Assembly: GCA_008369845.1 (NCBI GenBank) | Contig: MRSU01008052.1 | Span: forward strand, 1 to 54,358 | Origin: Trichomonas gallinae | Taxonomy: Eukaryota | DNA length: 54,358 bases | Direction of reading: 5' to 3' | Shown: positions 1 through 9,500 of the stretch, piece after piece | Layout: each line of letters starts with the position of its first letter | How positions within the stretch are numbered: the first letter of the stretch is position 1 | Made by a program: the position numbers and the translations under genes | The notes under the pieces: model-generated | Seen by the model: the letters and a program-made list of their open reading frames with translations, nothing else | What the model was told of the DNA's origin: nothing | Databases searched by the model: none

Positions 1-197
1 TACAACTAAAAATTCTGTAAATTAATAATATAGAATGAGCACATAGTGACCATTAAAATGCTAGATTCCCATCAAAAAATTCCCGGTGGAGTTTTCTTGG
101 GCTCTACTGTAGCGTCGAACCTGACACGTTTTATAAGCAGGGGCCATTTTTGACAATTTTTAAAAATCTGCCGGACTACCTTTATAGTCACCTTTAA
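1..197. mobile_element. Probable right end of a TTAA-targeting DNA transposon (Kolobok-like), truncated by the window edge
   Basis: Non-coding stretch richer in GC than the other intergenic DNA. It ends ...CCTTTATAGTCACCT (193) followed directly by TTAA (194-197). RR...YY termini plus a TTAA target site is the Kolobok signature, and Kolobok elements are known in T. vaginalis. The partner terminus is not visible. Confidence 0.4.
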
Positions 198-291
198 ATT
201 ATTTTTGACAATCTGACGGTTTATATAATTATTTTTGACAAGTAAATCAAAACAATATAAAAAAAGAATTAGAAAACGTACTTTTTTAATA

Positions 292-1818
292 ATGACTTTT
301 CTTCTACGCGAAGTTTTATTAGGAAGTCTTGGCATTGATAGTGATTTAAACTGGGGAACAGATGAGACAGGTATTTCAGCAATAGACATGAAACTTCTCC
401 CTCCAGGATCTGGAGCCTTGATTGCAAGAATCTCAGAACTCGGAAAAATTTTCAAAAAACTTGAAGAAGCCACAGAAGAACAGACAGATAATCCATATAG
501 GCAAGCAATTTTGGATTCTGTTGATAATTACTTGGATTCATATCGAACATCAGTCTTAGAAGCTGACTCACAAATTTGTGATGATCTTTTGACTACACTG
601 ACTGCATTAACAGCACATTTAGAGCCATATCAGCATGAATTAAAATACGTCAATAAAATATTTCAGCCATTGATTTCATTAAAGCCGCTACAGATGCTCA
701 ACAAGATACATGAGAATGTCGTCACTTCGCCGCCGCCAATTGATAAAAAATTAAGTGTTATTGAACATTCTTTGCATCAAGTGTGTATTGCTCAGCTTGA
801 TGGGTTCCTCTATTTCCACCAGAAGCTTCCTGATATATTTGAATTCAAAGATAATAGAATTGTTTATTCTAATCCAGGAAATGCAGATTTTCTCGATAAG
901 AGGAATTCTGACTTACTTTTATTGGTTGTTAACGTTACATCAGACTGTCCTGATCTATTTGATAAAACTGATCCGCCTGGATTGGATAGGTTGGAACAAT
1001 GGATTAATGTTGTTTCGCATGTTATGTCCGTTCTCCTTGCACAAAGACTGCAGCAACAATGGCCAGGCTACTACGATGTATTGAATCTCTTGCTTACAAA
1101 ACGTTCAGATTATTCATCAATTATTTCGAGAAGATTGCTTTTGCCAAATGCAACAGCCTATAATATCGATTTTGTCATTAGAAAACTAGGATATCAAGTC
1201 AAAATCGTTCCAGAACTTAAATGGCCTAAATTTACTTTGAAATGTGTACTACAGCCACCTCTAGACATGGTTGTCACGTCAGATCATCAGTCATTCATTG
1301 CCGACCTCACCCATTTCATGTATGCTCTTGCAATAACTGATGAAGCATTGAAAGATCTTTGGGTAGTTATGAAATCAAAGACTAATTCGTTCAGATACAT
1401 ATCAATTCTCATGTCCCTCATCAAAGCAATCCGTGATCATCTAGTTTTTGCTGTAATTGTTCCAAGTTTCAATTTATTGAGCAGCGACCCTGCAAAAATC
1501 ACTGATTATTTGAAGTTTAAGGCCACATTTAACGGTTTTATATCCACTTTGAGAGGTTTATTCCCAAGCGAAAATGAAGATTTGTTTAAATCTGTTCATT
1601 CGATCCAGCAAGCAATAATTGATACTCGTGGTCTTTTGTGCTTTAGAATTGACACTTCTTCACAATCAGATGATCAGATTTTGGATCAATTACTTGAAAT
1701 TTCAAGTATTGTCATGAAAGATGCTAGAGTTATTACAGAAGCATTAAACACTGGCTCTGAGCAAGGAATTGAACTTGTCAGAACAGTAGAAAAGATTCTC
1801 CATGATTTGCCTAATTAA
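292..1818 (+). CDS. Gamma-tubulin complex component, Spc97/Spc98 family (GCP4-like)
   Basis: First ATG at 292 (the ORF track start at 235 is TTG). N-terminal LLREVLLGSLG, LLPPGSGALIARISELG, PYRQAILDSVDNYLDSYRTSVLEAD and PPPIDKKLSVIEHSLHQVCIAQLDGFL are collinear with GCP4 GRIP1 motifs as I recall them. Confidence 0.7.
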   Translation: MTFLLREVLLGSLGIDSDLNWGTDETGISAIDMKLLPPGSGALIARISELGKIFKKLEEATEEQTDNPYRQAILDSVDNYLDSYRTSVLEADSQICDDLLTTLTALTAHLEPYQHELKYVNKIFQPLISLKPLQMLNKIHENVVTSPPPIDKKLSVIEHSLHQVCIAQLDGFLYFHQKLPDIFEFKDNRIVYSNPGNADFLDKRNSDLLLLVVNVTSDCPDLFDKTDPPGLDRLEQWINVVSHVMSVLLAQRLQQQWPGYYDVLNLLLTKRSDYSSIISRRLLLPNATAYNIDFVIRKLGYQVKIVPELKWPKFTLKCVLQPPLDMVVTSDHQSFIADLTHFMYALAITDEALKDLWVVMKSKTNSFRYISILMSLIKAIRDHLVFAVIVPSFNLLSSDPAKITDYLKFKATFNGFISTLRGLFPSENEDLFKSVHSIQQAIIDTRGLLCFRIDTSSQSDDQILDQLLEISSIVMKDARVITEALNTGSEQGIELVRTVEKILHDLPN

Positions 1819-2316
1819 ACCAAAATTCACATCAATTTTGTTGAATATTATCAGTATTATTAATATATATGTTTGTAATAAACTGTCACTGTTTAAACTT
1901 TCTAATTTTGAAATTGATTTTTTTCTATTCTAAACTAATGAATCAAGTCTGGCATTTTTGCAGGGTGTAGCAATTATTTTTAGGGAATTTCAAATCGTTT
2001 TCCACACAAAAATAATTTATCAAGAAAAAATGAAAACTCAAACATTCCTTTTCATATTCTTAGATGTATGCCATCTTCAACACGTCTTTATATTGTTTAT
2101 AAAGAGAAAAAATTCATTAGCAATGAGTTACAAAGTATATTTAGCCAAACAGACTTGGTATAACTGAAGACTGGTTTTATCTACAATAATTTCATGATTT
2201 GGCTATTTTCACTATAAAATAGAGTAAATTTACAACAAAATCGATTTTTATTTTAGCAAAATGATAACTTAGGTTGTAACTATGAGAATTATATTAAAGA
2301 TTTGCCAAAATAAAGA

Positions 2317-4671
2317 ATGATGTCGTTGAAAATTTATAAAATTCTCTTTCCTTTTCGTTTATCTCAGCGTTTAAGCTTCATTGAAGCCGGAAAAAGCTCT
2401 GTGAGTCCTGGTGGAACACGGGTTATTCTGGCGAAGAAGTCAAGTTTTGTTGTTTTAGATCTTAAAAAGCCAAATCAGCCAATAATTTATTCTTTCCAAT
2501 TACAAAGCGAAAACGAGATATTTAACAGCAACATCAAACCAGTATGGAAAGGTGAAGATAAATTCTGCATTTCTATCACAAAATCGATTATTTTTCAATT
2601 TGATTTAAATACAAGGCAAAAGAAGTCTTTAAACATACATACTTCGATTTTATCCATCCTACTGATTAATGATCGATTCGCAATTTTGGTTCCAAACCAA
2701 AAAATTCACGTTTTAAATGATGAATTACAAGCTATAATGAGTTTCGACTACACAGCTCCATTCTCCGTATTCAACAGCTGCATGATGGATAAGTCTGATT
2801 ACATATTTGTTAATTTTAACAATAAATTATTTATTGCAAAATCTGAACCTCCGTTTTCTTTTAATGAAACTACGATAAAAGACTTCACAATGATAACAAG
2901 ATCACCAGACAATAAGCATTACGTAATTTCTTATCAAGATGGTTCAATATGTTTATATTCTATTAAAAACGAAACTGTTTCATTTGTTGAACGAATCTAT
3001 TATCGTCAGACAGCCGCATTATACATATTTTGGCCATCTAACACCCAGGTTTGCGTTGTTTTTTCAGATGGATCAATTGTAATCTGCTTCTTGGATCTTC
3101 ATTTAACAATATCTAGAACATATATAGAAATAGCAAAATCATCAGATATATTTTATTCAGAATTCACAAGAAAATTATATTTTGTTTATAATAACAGTTT
3201 GAGATCATTATCTTTCATTTCCATACATGACAATGTTTTCTTCGACTCAGATTCAGTGTATGACTTGAATACAAGCTCAAAATTATTCGATCTCAAAAAA
3301 GCTGAAAATATTTATCCAATAAGACTAGCAACCGAAAAATACTACTTAGGGCAAGTTCTCTATACAGAGTCGAAGAAGAACAACTGCAATTTCGATATTA
3401 GTGAATATTTCCATGGATATTATTTTGGACTCAATTTTTCATCGAATGAGTTCACTGTTATGAGTGACGATAAGATTTTCATGAAATTCCCATCATTACT
3501 CAACCCTACAAAGTTTTCTGTTGGAAAAGAAAGAATGATTGGATTTTTAGATAACAAACTTTTAGTTATTGACTTTAGTCAACAAATTTCCGTGCCTAGA
3601 AGAGTAGAAGCAGTAGTTAACACGCATTCTAGTGATAAAATACAGCTAACTGCAACTTATTTGACATTTAGAAAAATTATTAAAAATGCTGTTTGTGCGA
3701 CAGATACAGTATACATACAATTCGACAATAATCTTGTTGTGCAGCTTCCTTCAATGAAAACTGTGTCAGATAAAGGAAATTTAATTTGGAGAGAAAAAAA
3801 TTCTTCAGTTTTATTCGTTCAAACGTTTTCTGGCATCGAAGTTTTCTTTTCTGATTATTCTTCACACATTGCAAGCAACGCAATTAGTTCATCAAATGGA
3901 AAATTAATTCAAATTTCACCAGAAGGTAAAGATCCATTTATTAAAGTAGATTATTGCATTTCACTTGCAACATCAATGCTATCTGACCCTGAAATGGCTG
4001 CTGCTTTCATTTCTGCTTACAGATATTCTTCATTTTTCAAAGAATTTATTCCAACGCTCTTGGCATCGATCACATCGTCAGGAAACATATATGCATTCAT
4101 TAAAGTCCTGAATTTCCTAGAAAAAACATTGGTTGCTGAAATAATTTCTCATATACTTCCAATGAATCAAATTACACTGATTAGATGTGGATTAGATGTG
4201 ATTGAATACATAGAATCGTTGTCTGATCAAGCAAAACTTGAAATTTTGCTCAAATCAAAACCAGAAACTTTCTTAAAATTAGCAAAAAGGCATAAATTGC
4301 TGCAGAAAATCAATAAAAGTGAATCAAAACTAGCAATACAGCAGGCCCTTGACCTCCATCAATGGAGTAGAGCAATTCGAATGTCTCATTTACTTGAAAT
4401 TGACATTGTAGCCTTGCTAAATCAATGCCAACTAGAGAAGACAACGAGTCTCGCTAAATGCGTCAGAGATATTCGAATTCAATCTTCAGATTGGAAAACA
4501 GACGAATCTAGTTATCTCAGATATCTCGGCTGTGCTTTTATCGTTGCTGGTTTTGAGAACTGGGGAATTTCCTCATTCATTGCAGCAAAAGATGAAAGCA
4601 AAGTTAAATCTGCTCTTGAAAGATTGAATTTTTCGAGAGATGAGGTTATCAAGCTGCTAAATTCGATGTAA
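2317..4671 (+). CDS. RIC1-like protein (beta-propeller plus helical C-terminus; putative Rab6 GEF subunit)
   Basis: 784-aa ORF with a beta-rich N-terminus. IYPIRLA, IQQALDLHQWSRAIRMSHLL and YLRYLGCAFIVAGFENWG resemble the RIC1 motifs NWPIRF, ALEQGKWDLCRHMIRFL and LRYLLHIFMEAGCLDW in the same order. Confidence 0.55.
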   Translation: MMSLKIYKILFPFRLSQRLSFIEAGKSSVSPGGTRVILAKKSSFVVLDLKKPNQPIIYSFQLQSENEIFNSNIKPVWKGEDKFCISITKSIIFQFDLNTRQKKSLNIHTSILSILLINDRFAILVPNQKIHVLNDELQAIMSFDYTAPFSVFNSCMMDKSDYIFVNFNNKLFIAKSEPPFSFNETTIKDFTMITRSPDNKHYVISYQDGSICLYSIKNETVSFVERIYYRQTAALYIFWPSNTQVCVVFSDGSIVICFLDLHLTISRTYIEIAKSSDIFYSEFTRKLYFVYNNSLRSLSFISIHDNVFFDSDSVYDLNTSSKLFDLKKAENIYPIRLATEKYYLGQVLYTESKKNNCNFDISEYFHGYYFGLNFSSNEFTVMSDDKIFMKFPSLLNPTKFSVGKERMIGFLDNKLLVIDFSQQISVPRRVEAVVNTHSSDKIQLTATYLTFRKIIKNAVCATDTVYIQFDNNLVVQLPSMKTVSDKGNLIWREKNSSVLFVQTFSGIEVFFSDYSSHIASNAISSSNGKLIQISPEGKDPFIKVDYCISLATSMLSDPEMAAAFISAYRYSSFFKEFIPTLLASITSSGNIYAFIKVLNFLEKTLVAEIISHILPMNQITLIRCGLDVIEYIESLSDQAKLEILLKSKPETFLKLAKRHKLLQKINKSESKLAIQQALDLHQWSRAIRMSHLLEIDIVALLNQCQLEKTTSLAKCVRDIRIQSSDWKTDESSYLRYLGCAFIVAGFENWGISSFIAAKDESKVKSALERLNFSRDEVIKLLNSM

Positions 4672-5012
4672 TATTAAACTATCTATCTTATATTACTTTA
4701 ATTTTTAATTTTTTATTTTCAATTGCTTAAATAGTTCTATATCTTTAACAGATACTCTTTAAAGGGAAAAAAATTATAATTTATATTAAAACTCAAGAAC
4801 AAACAAAATTATTATTTAAATTTCTCCAAATATTGTTATTACAAACAAATATATATAATTTTATAAATAGTTAGATTCACTCTTGATACCTCTTCTGATA
4901 AAAAAGCATATCTATGTATTTATTGAGAATAATAAAAATATATTTGAAAAAGTGTGATTTGATTTATGATATTGAACATTTTATGTTACACAAACAAAAG
5001 TAGACGAGTATA

Positions 5013-5939
5013 TTAAGCGGCGAGTGCTGCTTTTAATTTTTCATTTTCTTGTTCTAATTCTTTCTTCTTTTCAATCAATTTTTCATTTTCATGCTTCAGC
5101 TGACGATACTGCTTCTTAGTCTTCTCTATTCTAACAGTTAACGCAACATTTTTAATTTTCAGCAATTCTGCAGCTGATGGTCTCTTTTCTGGGTCTTTTT
5201 CTAACATAGATGTAATAACCTGCCAGAGCTCTTCCGAGTACTCGTTAGGAATTCTCTTTATTTCGCCGTATTTAATCTTTCCATTTAATTGCTGCTGTCC
5301 GTAAGCTCTAAACGGCGGAGATCTCGCAGCCATCTCGTAGATGACGCACCCAAGGGCCCAAATGTCGCTCTTGTCGTCGTAAGAATGGTGAGAGACGAGT
5401 TCTGGAGACATATATAGTGGAGTTCCTAAATAAGTCTTCGTAGAACCGTCTGGGATTGGTTTTGCTAAGCCAAAATCGCCCAGCTTGACGTGGCCGCTGC
5501 TGTCTATAAAGATGTTTCCTGGCTTTATGTCTCTGTGTATTATTCTTTCTTTTCCATTGTGACATTCGTTCAATGCGAGTGATAATTCGGAAAGCGATAG
5601 CCAGATTTGGTTCTCACCTATTGGTGTTTTAGCGTTTTGAATGAATTTCTGAAGATCGCCACCAGAACAATATTCCATGATCAAGAAAATTGTTCTATGC
5701 GCTGTATCAACAATTCTATCGTAATATGTAACAATGTTGTCATTTCTGAGCTTCTTAAGGATGTTGCACTCGTTAACAAGCATCTCTTTCTCGTGTGTTG
5801 ACATGTTTCCGTAGTTAATCTGCTTCAAAGCAACGGTTTTGTTGTCTGATTTTCGAATGGCAACATATGCCTGTCCGAATGAGCCTTTTCCGATGAAGTC
5901 TTTTATCTCATATCCATCAATATTCGGCTTCGAAAACAT
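5013..5939 (-). CDS. NEK (NIMA-related, Nek2-like) serine/threonine kinase with C-terminal coiled coil
   Basis: GKGSFG, VALK, MEYCSGGDL, HRDIKPGN, DFG, GTPLYMSPE and KSDIWALGC motifs; short heptad tail. Confidence 0.93.
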   Translation of the reverse strand: MFSKPNIDGYEIKDFIGKGSFGQAYVAIRKSDNKTVALKQINYGNMSTHEKEMLVNECNILKKLRNDNIVTYYDRIVDTAHRTIFLIMEYCSGGDLQKFIQNAKTPIGENQIWLSLSELSLALNECHNGKERIIHRDIKPGNIFIDSSGHVKLGDFGLAKPIPDGSTKTYLGTPLYMSPELVSHHSYDDKSDIWALGCVIYEMAARSPPFRAYGQQQLNGKIKYGEIKRIPNEYSEELWQVITSMLEKDPEKRPSAAELLKIKNVALTVRIEKTKKQYRQLKHENEKLIEKKKELEQENEKLKAALAA

Positions 5940-6212
5940 TTTTAAACGTGCATGATGTCACTTTTAGAACCTTATTTCACAAAAATCCCTGTTTCTGTTT
6001 ATTTTTATAAAATAATGTAGTATATCAGTTTTATATCACTTTTTATAATATATCTTCGGTAGAATTTCACATGTTTTGCCATTTTTAGAATCAGCGATGT
6101 TGAAACCATCTTTCAAGGATCAATCAGAAAATAGAATTTCCAACTTGCCCATCTATTCATAGTATTTGATAGAAAAGGCAATCATCTTAAACCACAATGA
6201 ATTTGATGCAAT

Positions 6213-6439
6213 ATGAATCATGATTATGGAATTATAAAATACTTATTCTCTGTTCATGGAATGCTTTACTGAATGCTTCAGATAATGGCCATCACAAAGT
6301 TGTCACTCTACTACTCAGAGTTTATGGAATAGATGTGAACACAAAAGAATCTTTCAATGGAACTGCTTTGATAATTGCTTCACTGTATGGAAAACATGAA
6401 GTTATCAGACTCCTTCTTTCTGTTCCTGGAATTGGATAA
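6213..6439 (+). pseudogene. Ankyrin-repeat gene remnant (not in ORF track)
   Basis: 6257-6439 translates as WNALLNASDNGHHKVVTLLLRVYGIDVNTKESFNGTALIIASLYGKHEVIRLLLSVPGIG*, two ankyrin repeats. There is no in-frame ATG and an in-frame TGA at 6221. A shifted frame from 6213 reads MNHDYGIIKYLFSVHG, the tail of another repeat. Confidence 0.8.
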
Positions 6440-6523
6440 ATCGTGTTTTCATTTGAAATAAAGTTCTAAAAAAAGTAAATCAAACAGAAATTTTATAAAA
6501 AACATACAAAATAATAAAAAAGA

Positions 6524-9500
6524 TTATATCCTTCTTGGAAGAGTTTTTGGAGAAGGCGTTGGTTTGAAAATAGCCTTCTTCTTTGTCTGCGAGCTGATTC
6601 TTGACTGTGACCTTTGCTTTGTGACGTTTTCCATCATCTGCAAAATTTCTTGTGGCTTCGAAGCCTTTTGTTCCTCCAATTCAGCAATTTGCTTCTCAAG
6701 TTCTTCATTCTCCATTCTTAATCTGATGTTATCATCGGAGAGCCTCTGAGCTATTTCCTCGAGGTTATATTCCGGTTTGATCGCCTGGCTCTGCAGTCCT
6801 CTCATAGATTGGGCGAGTGCTTGTTTCTTTTGTGCGCGTTTTTCGTTGAGTGATGAAATTGTTCTTCTGACAGTATTATCGGCCTCGAGCTCAAGCAAAT
6901 CTGTTTCTTCTCTTAGCTGCTCGAGCTCTTCTTGTGCTGCATCGAGTTTGTCAACGAGCTCGTCTATATTTATTCCTGAATCATCATTGAACTCTTTGAT
7001 CTTTTTGTTCATTTCTTCGACGACTTTCATGTTCTTCGCCTTCCAGTGAACAAGTTGAATGTTGCTCATCTTCTCGCTGTCGAGTTGCTGAGAAAGACGA
7101 GAAATCTCAAGTTCCGTCTCGCACAATCTTGAATGAGCTTTGAGTAGATCTCTTTTGAGTTTTTCTTCCCTTTCTTCGGCCTTGAGTTTCTTGTTCCACA
7201 TGTCTCCGTTTGCGACTTTCCTTTCTTCTTCTGCGGCGTCTATATCCTTCTGGCGCGCGAGAGGAACAGCGATTTTGCCTAGAACTTTGATTATCCTGAT
7301 TCTTATGATTTCTTTCCGCATTTGTTCGTTGACGACATTGATTTTATCCAAAATTCTCTTGTGCTCGGCGTCTGCAGCAAGTCTTCTCTCTTCATCTGAC
7401 GACTCATTTCTCGCGCTCGTCATGTTCATCGCGACCTCCTTCGCTGAGTTGATCTTCTTGAACACATCGTTGTAAACGCGACGCTTGACTCCGTTGAAAT
7501 TGTTTTTGCGGAGGAAAAGTTGTTGCTTGAGATCAGCAACCAATCTGTTCATTTCTCCCCTTGTATCCTCTCTTATTCCTTCTTCCTGCATCGCGTACTG
7601 CTGCTGTAGTGCAGTGACAGCGTTGCGGAGAGTGTTTAATTCGATGAAACCGTCGTGGAATTCTGTTCCAATTGTTGCATCGACTTGGCGAGTGAATCTC
7701 GTTGAAGCCAGCCTGGAAACAATATCAACTGTGTTGATGTCGTTGTTGTTGTTTTCGATAACAGTTGAAGCGTGTTTTATCAGTTTGTTCCACTTCGAAG
7801 TTATCTTGTTTATTGACTCTTTCGCGAAGCCTCTCAAAGATGAAGACAAATCAAGTGCTTTTTCTTCATAAACAGAGCTGTTGAATGTTTTCTGGCCTTC
7901 AAGAATTGTAGTTGCTTCTTCGGCGACTCTTGCATTTAGTGCAACAATCTTGGCCAGTCTGTAGTTGTATTCGTGCTCAAAATCTTTGTCGATTGACTCT
8001 GGATCTTCGTCGAGATTCAAGTCGTAAAACTCTTGCTTTTCAGTTCCAGGAGGATTCTTTTGGACTTCTATTGCGCTGACTTCATCGATAAGTTTGTTTA
8101 GACCGTCTATCTGCTCGGTTAGAAGCATCAGATCAATGTGGTTTCTAACAACATCGAAAATTGCTTGCGCGAGTTTTGTTTCTGGAACACTTTGGATAAG
8201 TCTGCTCGCTGAAGCATCTTTGGGAGCCAAATGCTCAATAGCCTTCTTGACAATCAAGTCATTCCACTGAGGAGTTCCAGCTGAGAAGATTTCCAATGTT
8301 ATCTGCCTCACTGATTCTTTCGTGTCGAGTTTTTGTGCGTTGAATTTTCTCAGCAGCAAAAAGAAAGCGAATTTCATGTGCGTTTGTGTAATGGACAAAG
8401 CCAGGAAATCAGTGGCGCCTGCAATGTTGTCGAAGCTGAATCTGACTTTAATAGAATCGCAGATGTATTTGTCGACCATTTGCAAACGTGTGTGAAGTTC
8501 ATCTCTGTCAGCTTCTACGCACGAAAAACAAAACTCTTTCTCCCAGTCAGGAACATATCTGACTGACGATATTAAACCTGTTTGACACTCTTGGTCTTTG
8601 TGCATCGATATCCAGAGGTCCTTCATTCGCTCTCCGAACTGTGGATCAGCAACTCTCTGCCCACTCATCTCTAGATTCGATGAAATGTAGAACTGTTCCA
8701 AAGCTTGCAAAACGGCGAACTCGAATCTCAAGAAGAACAATCTCTCGAAATCTGACATGTATTTAGCGCAGATCTCGACTTCCCTGGAGTCAGGCATCGA
8801 CTCAAGCTTGGATCTAATGTGCTGGAATGTCGGCGTCTCGAGTTTGAAGTTCTCTTCGTACATCGTAGTCAAAACTTGGGATGTTCTCATTTGAAGGGCT
8901 GATTCTTGTCTGACGATGCAGAATATTCTGAACCTGGCTGTTATATACTGAAGCAGAGACTTTAAGACCATCGACTGTCTCGCATGTGGAGAGTTCTGCA
9001 GCATCTTAAAGATTTCAACCCATGTTGGAATGAACATGAATCTGGAAAAGTGGCCGTCTTCGCCAATCATTTCTTGAGTGTTGTCTGGTCCTAGTGTGTA
9101 AGTGTCTGAGAATGAATTAACTGTCAGGTAGTATTCTTCGAGTTTGCAGATCCTAGCTATTTCAATTCTGTAGGCAAACGGAGCAAAAGCGTCGAGCATT
9201 TCACTTCTGTACAAATCCAATAATTCTGGAGTTGACATAACTTTTTGTTTCGCGTGAGCTGACAGAATTGTTCTCGATTTCGACTTCGTTGTGTGTATCG
9301 ATAAAATATAAGAGTTCTGTGATTCAGATGCTGTCTTGTAGTCCCTGTATATAGAAGATGGGTTGTAGAATAATTTCGTTGCTATCGCTTGCAAAATTGC
9401 TTTTCTTCCTACATTATCGGATGTTTCAGAACCAGTCATGAAGACATCCAATGAATCGTGGAGTTCGAAATGTGTGACAACATGTCTCGCGTCCAAAATA

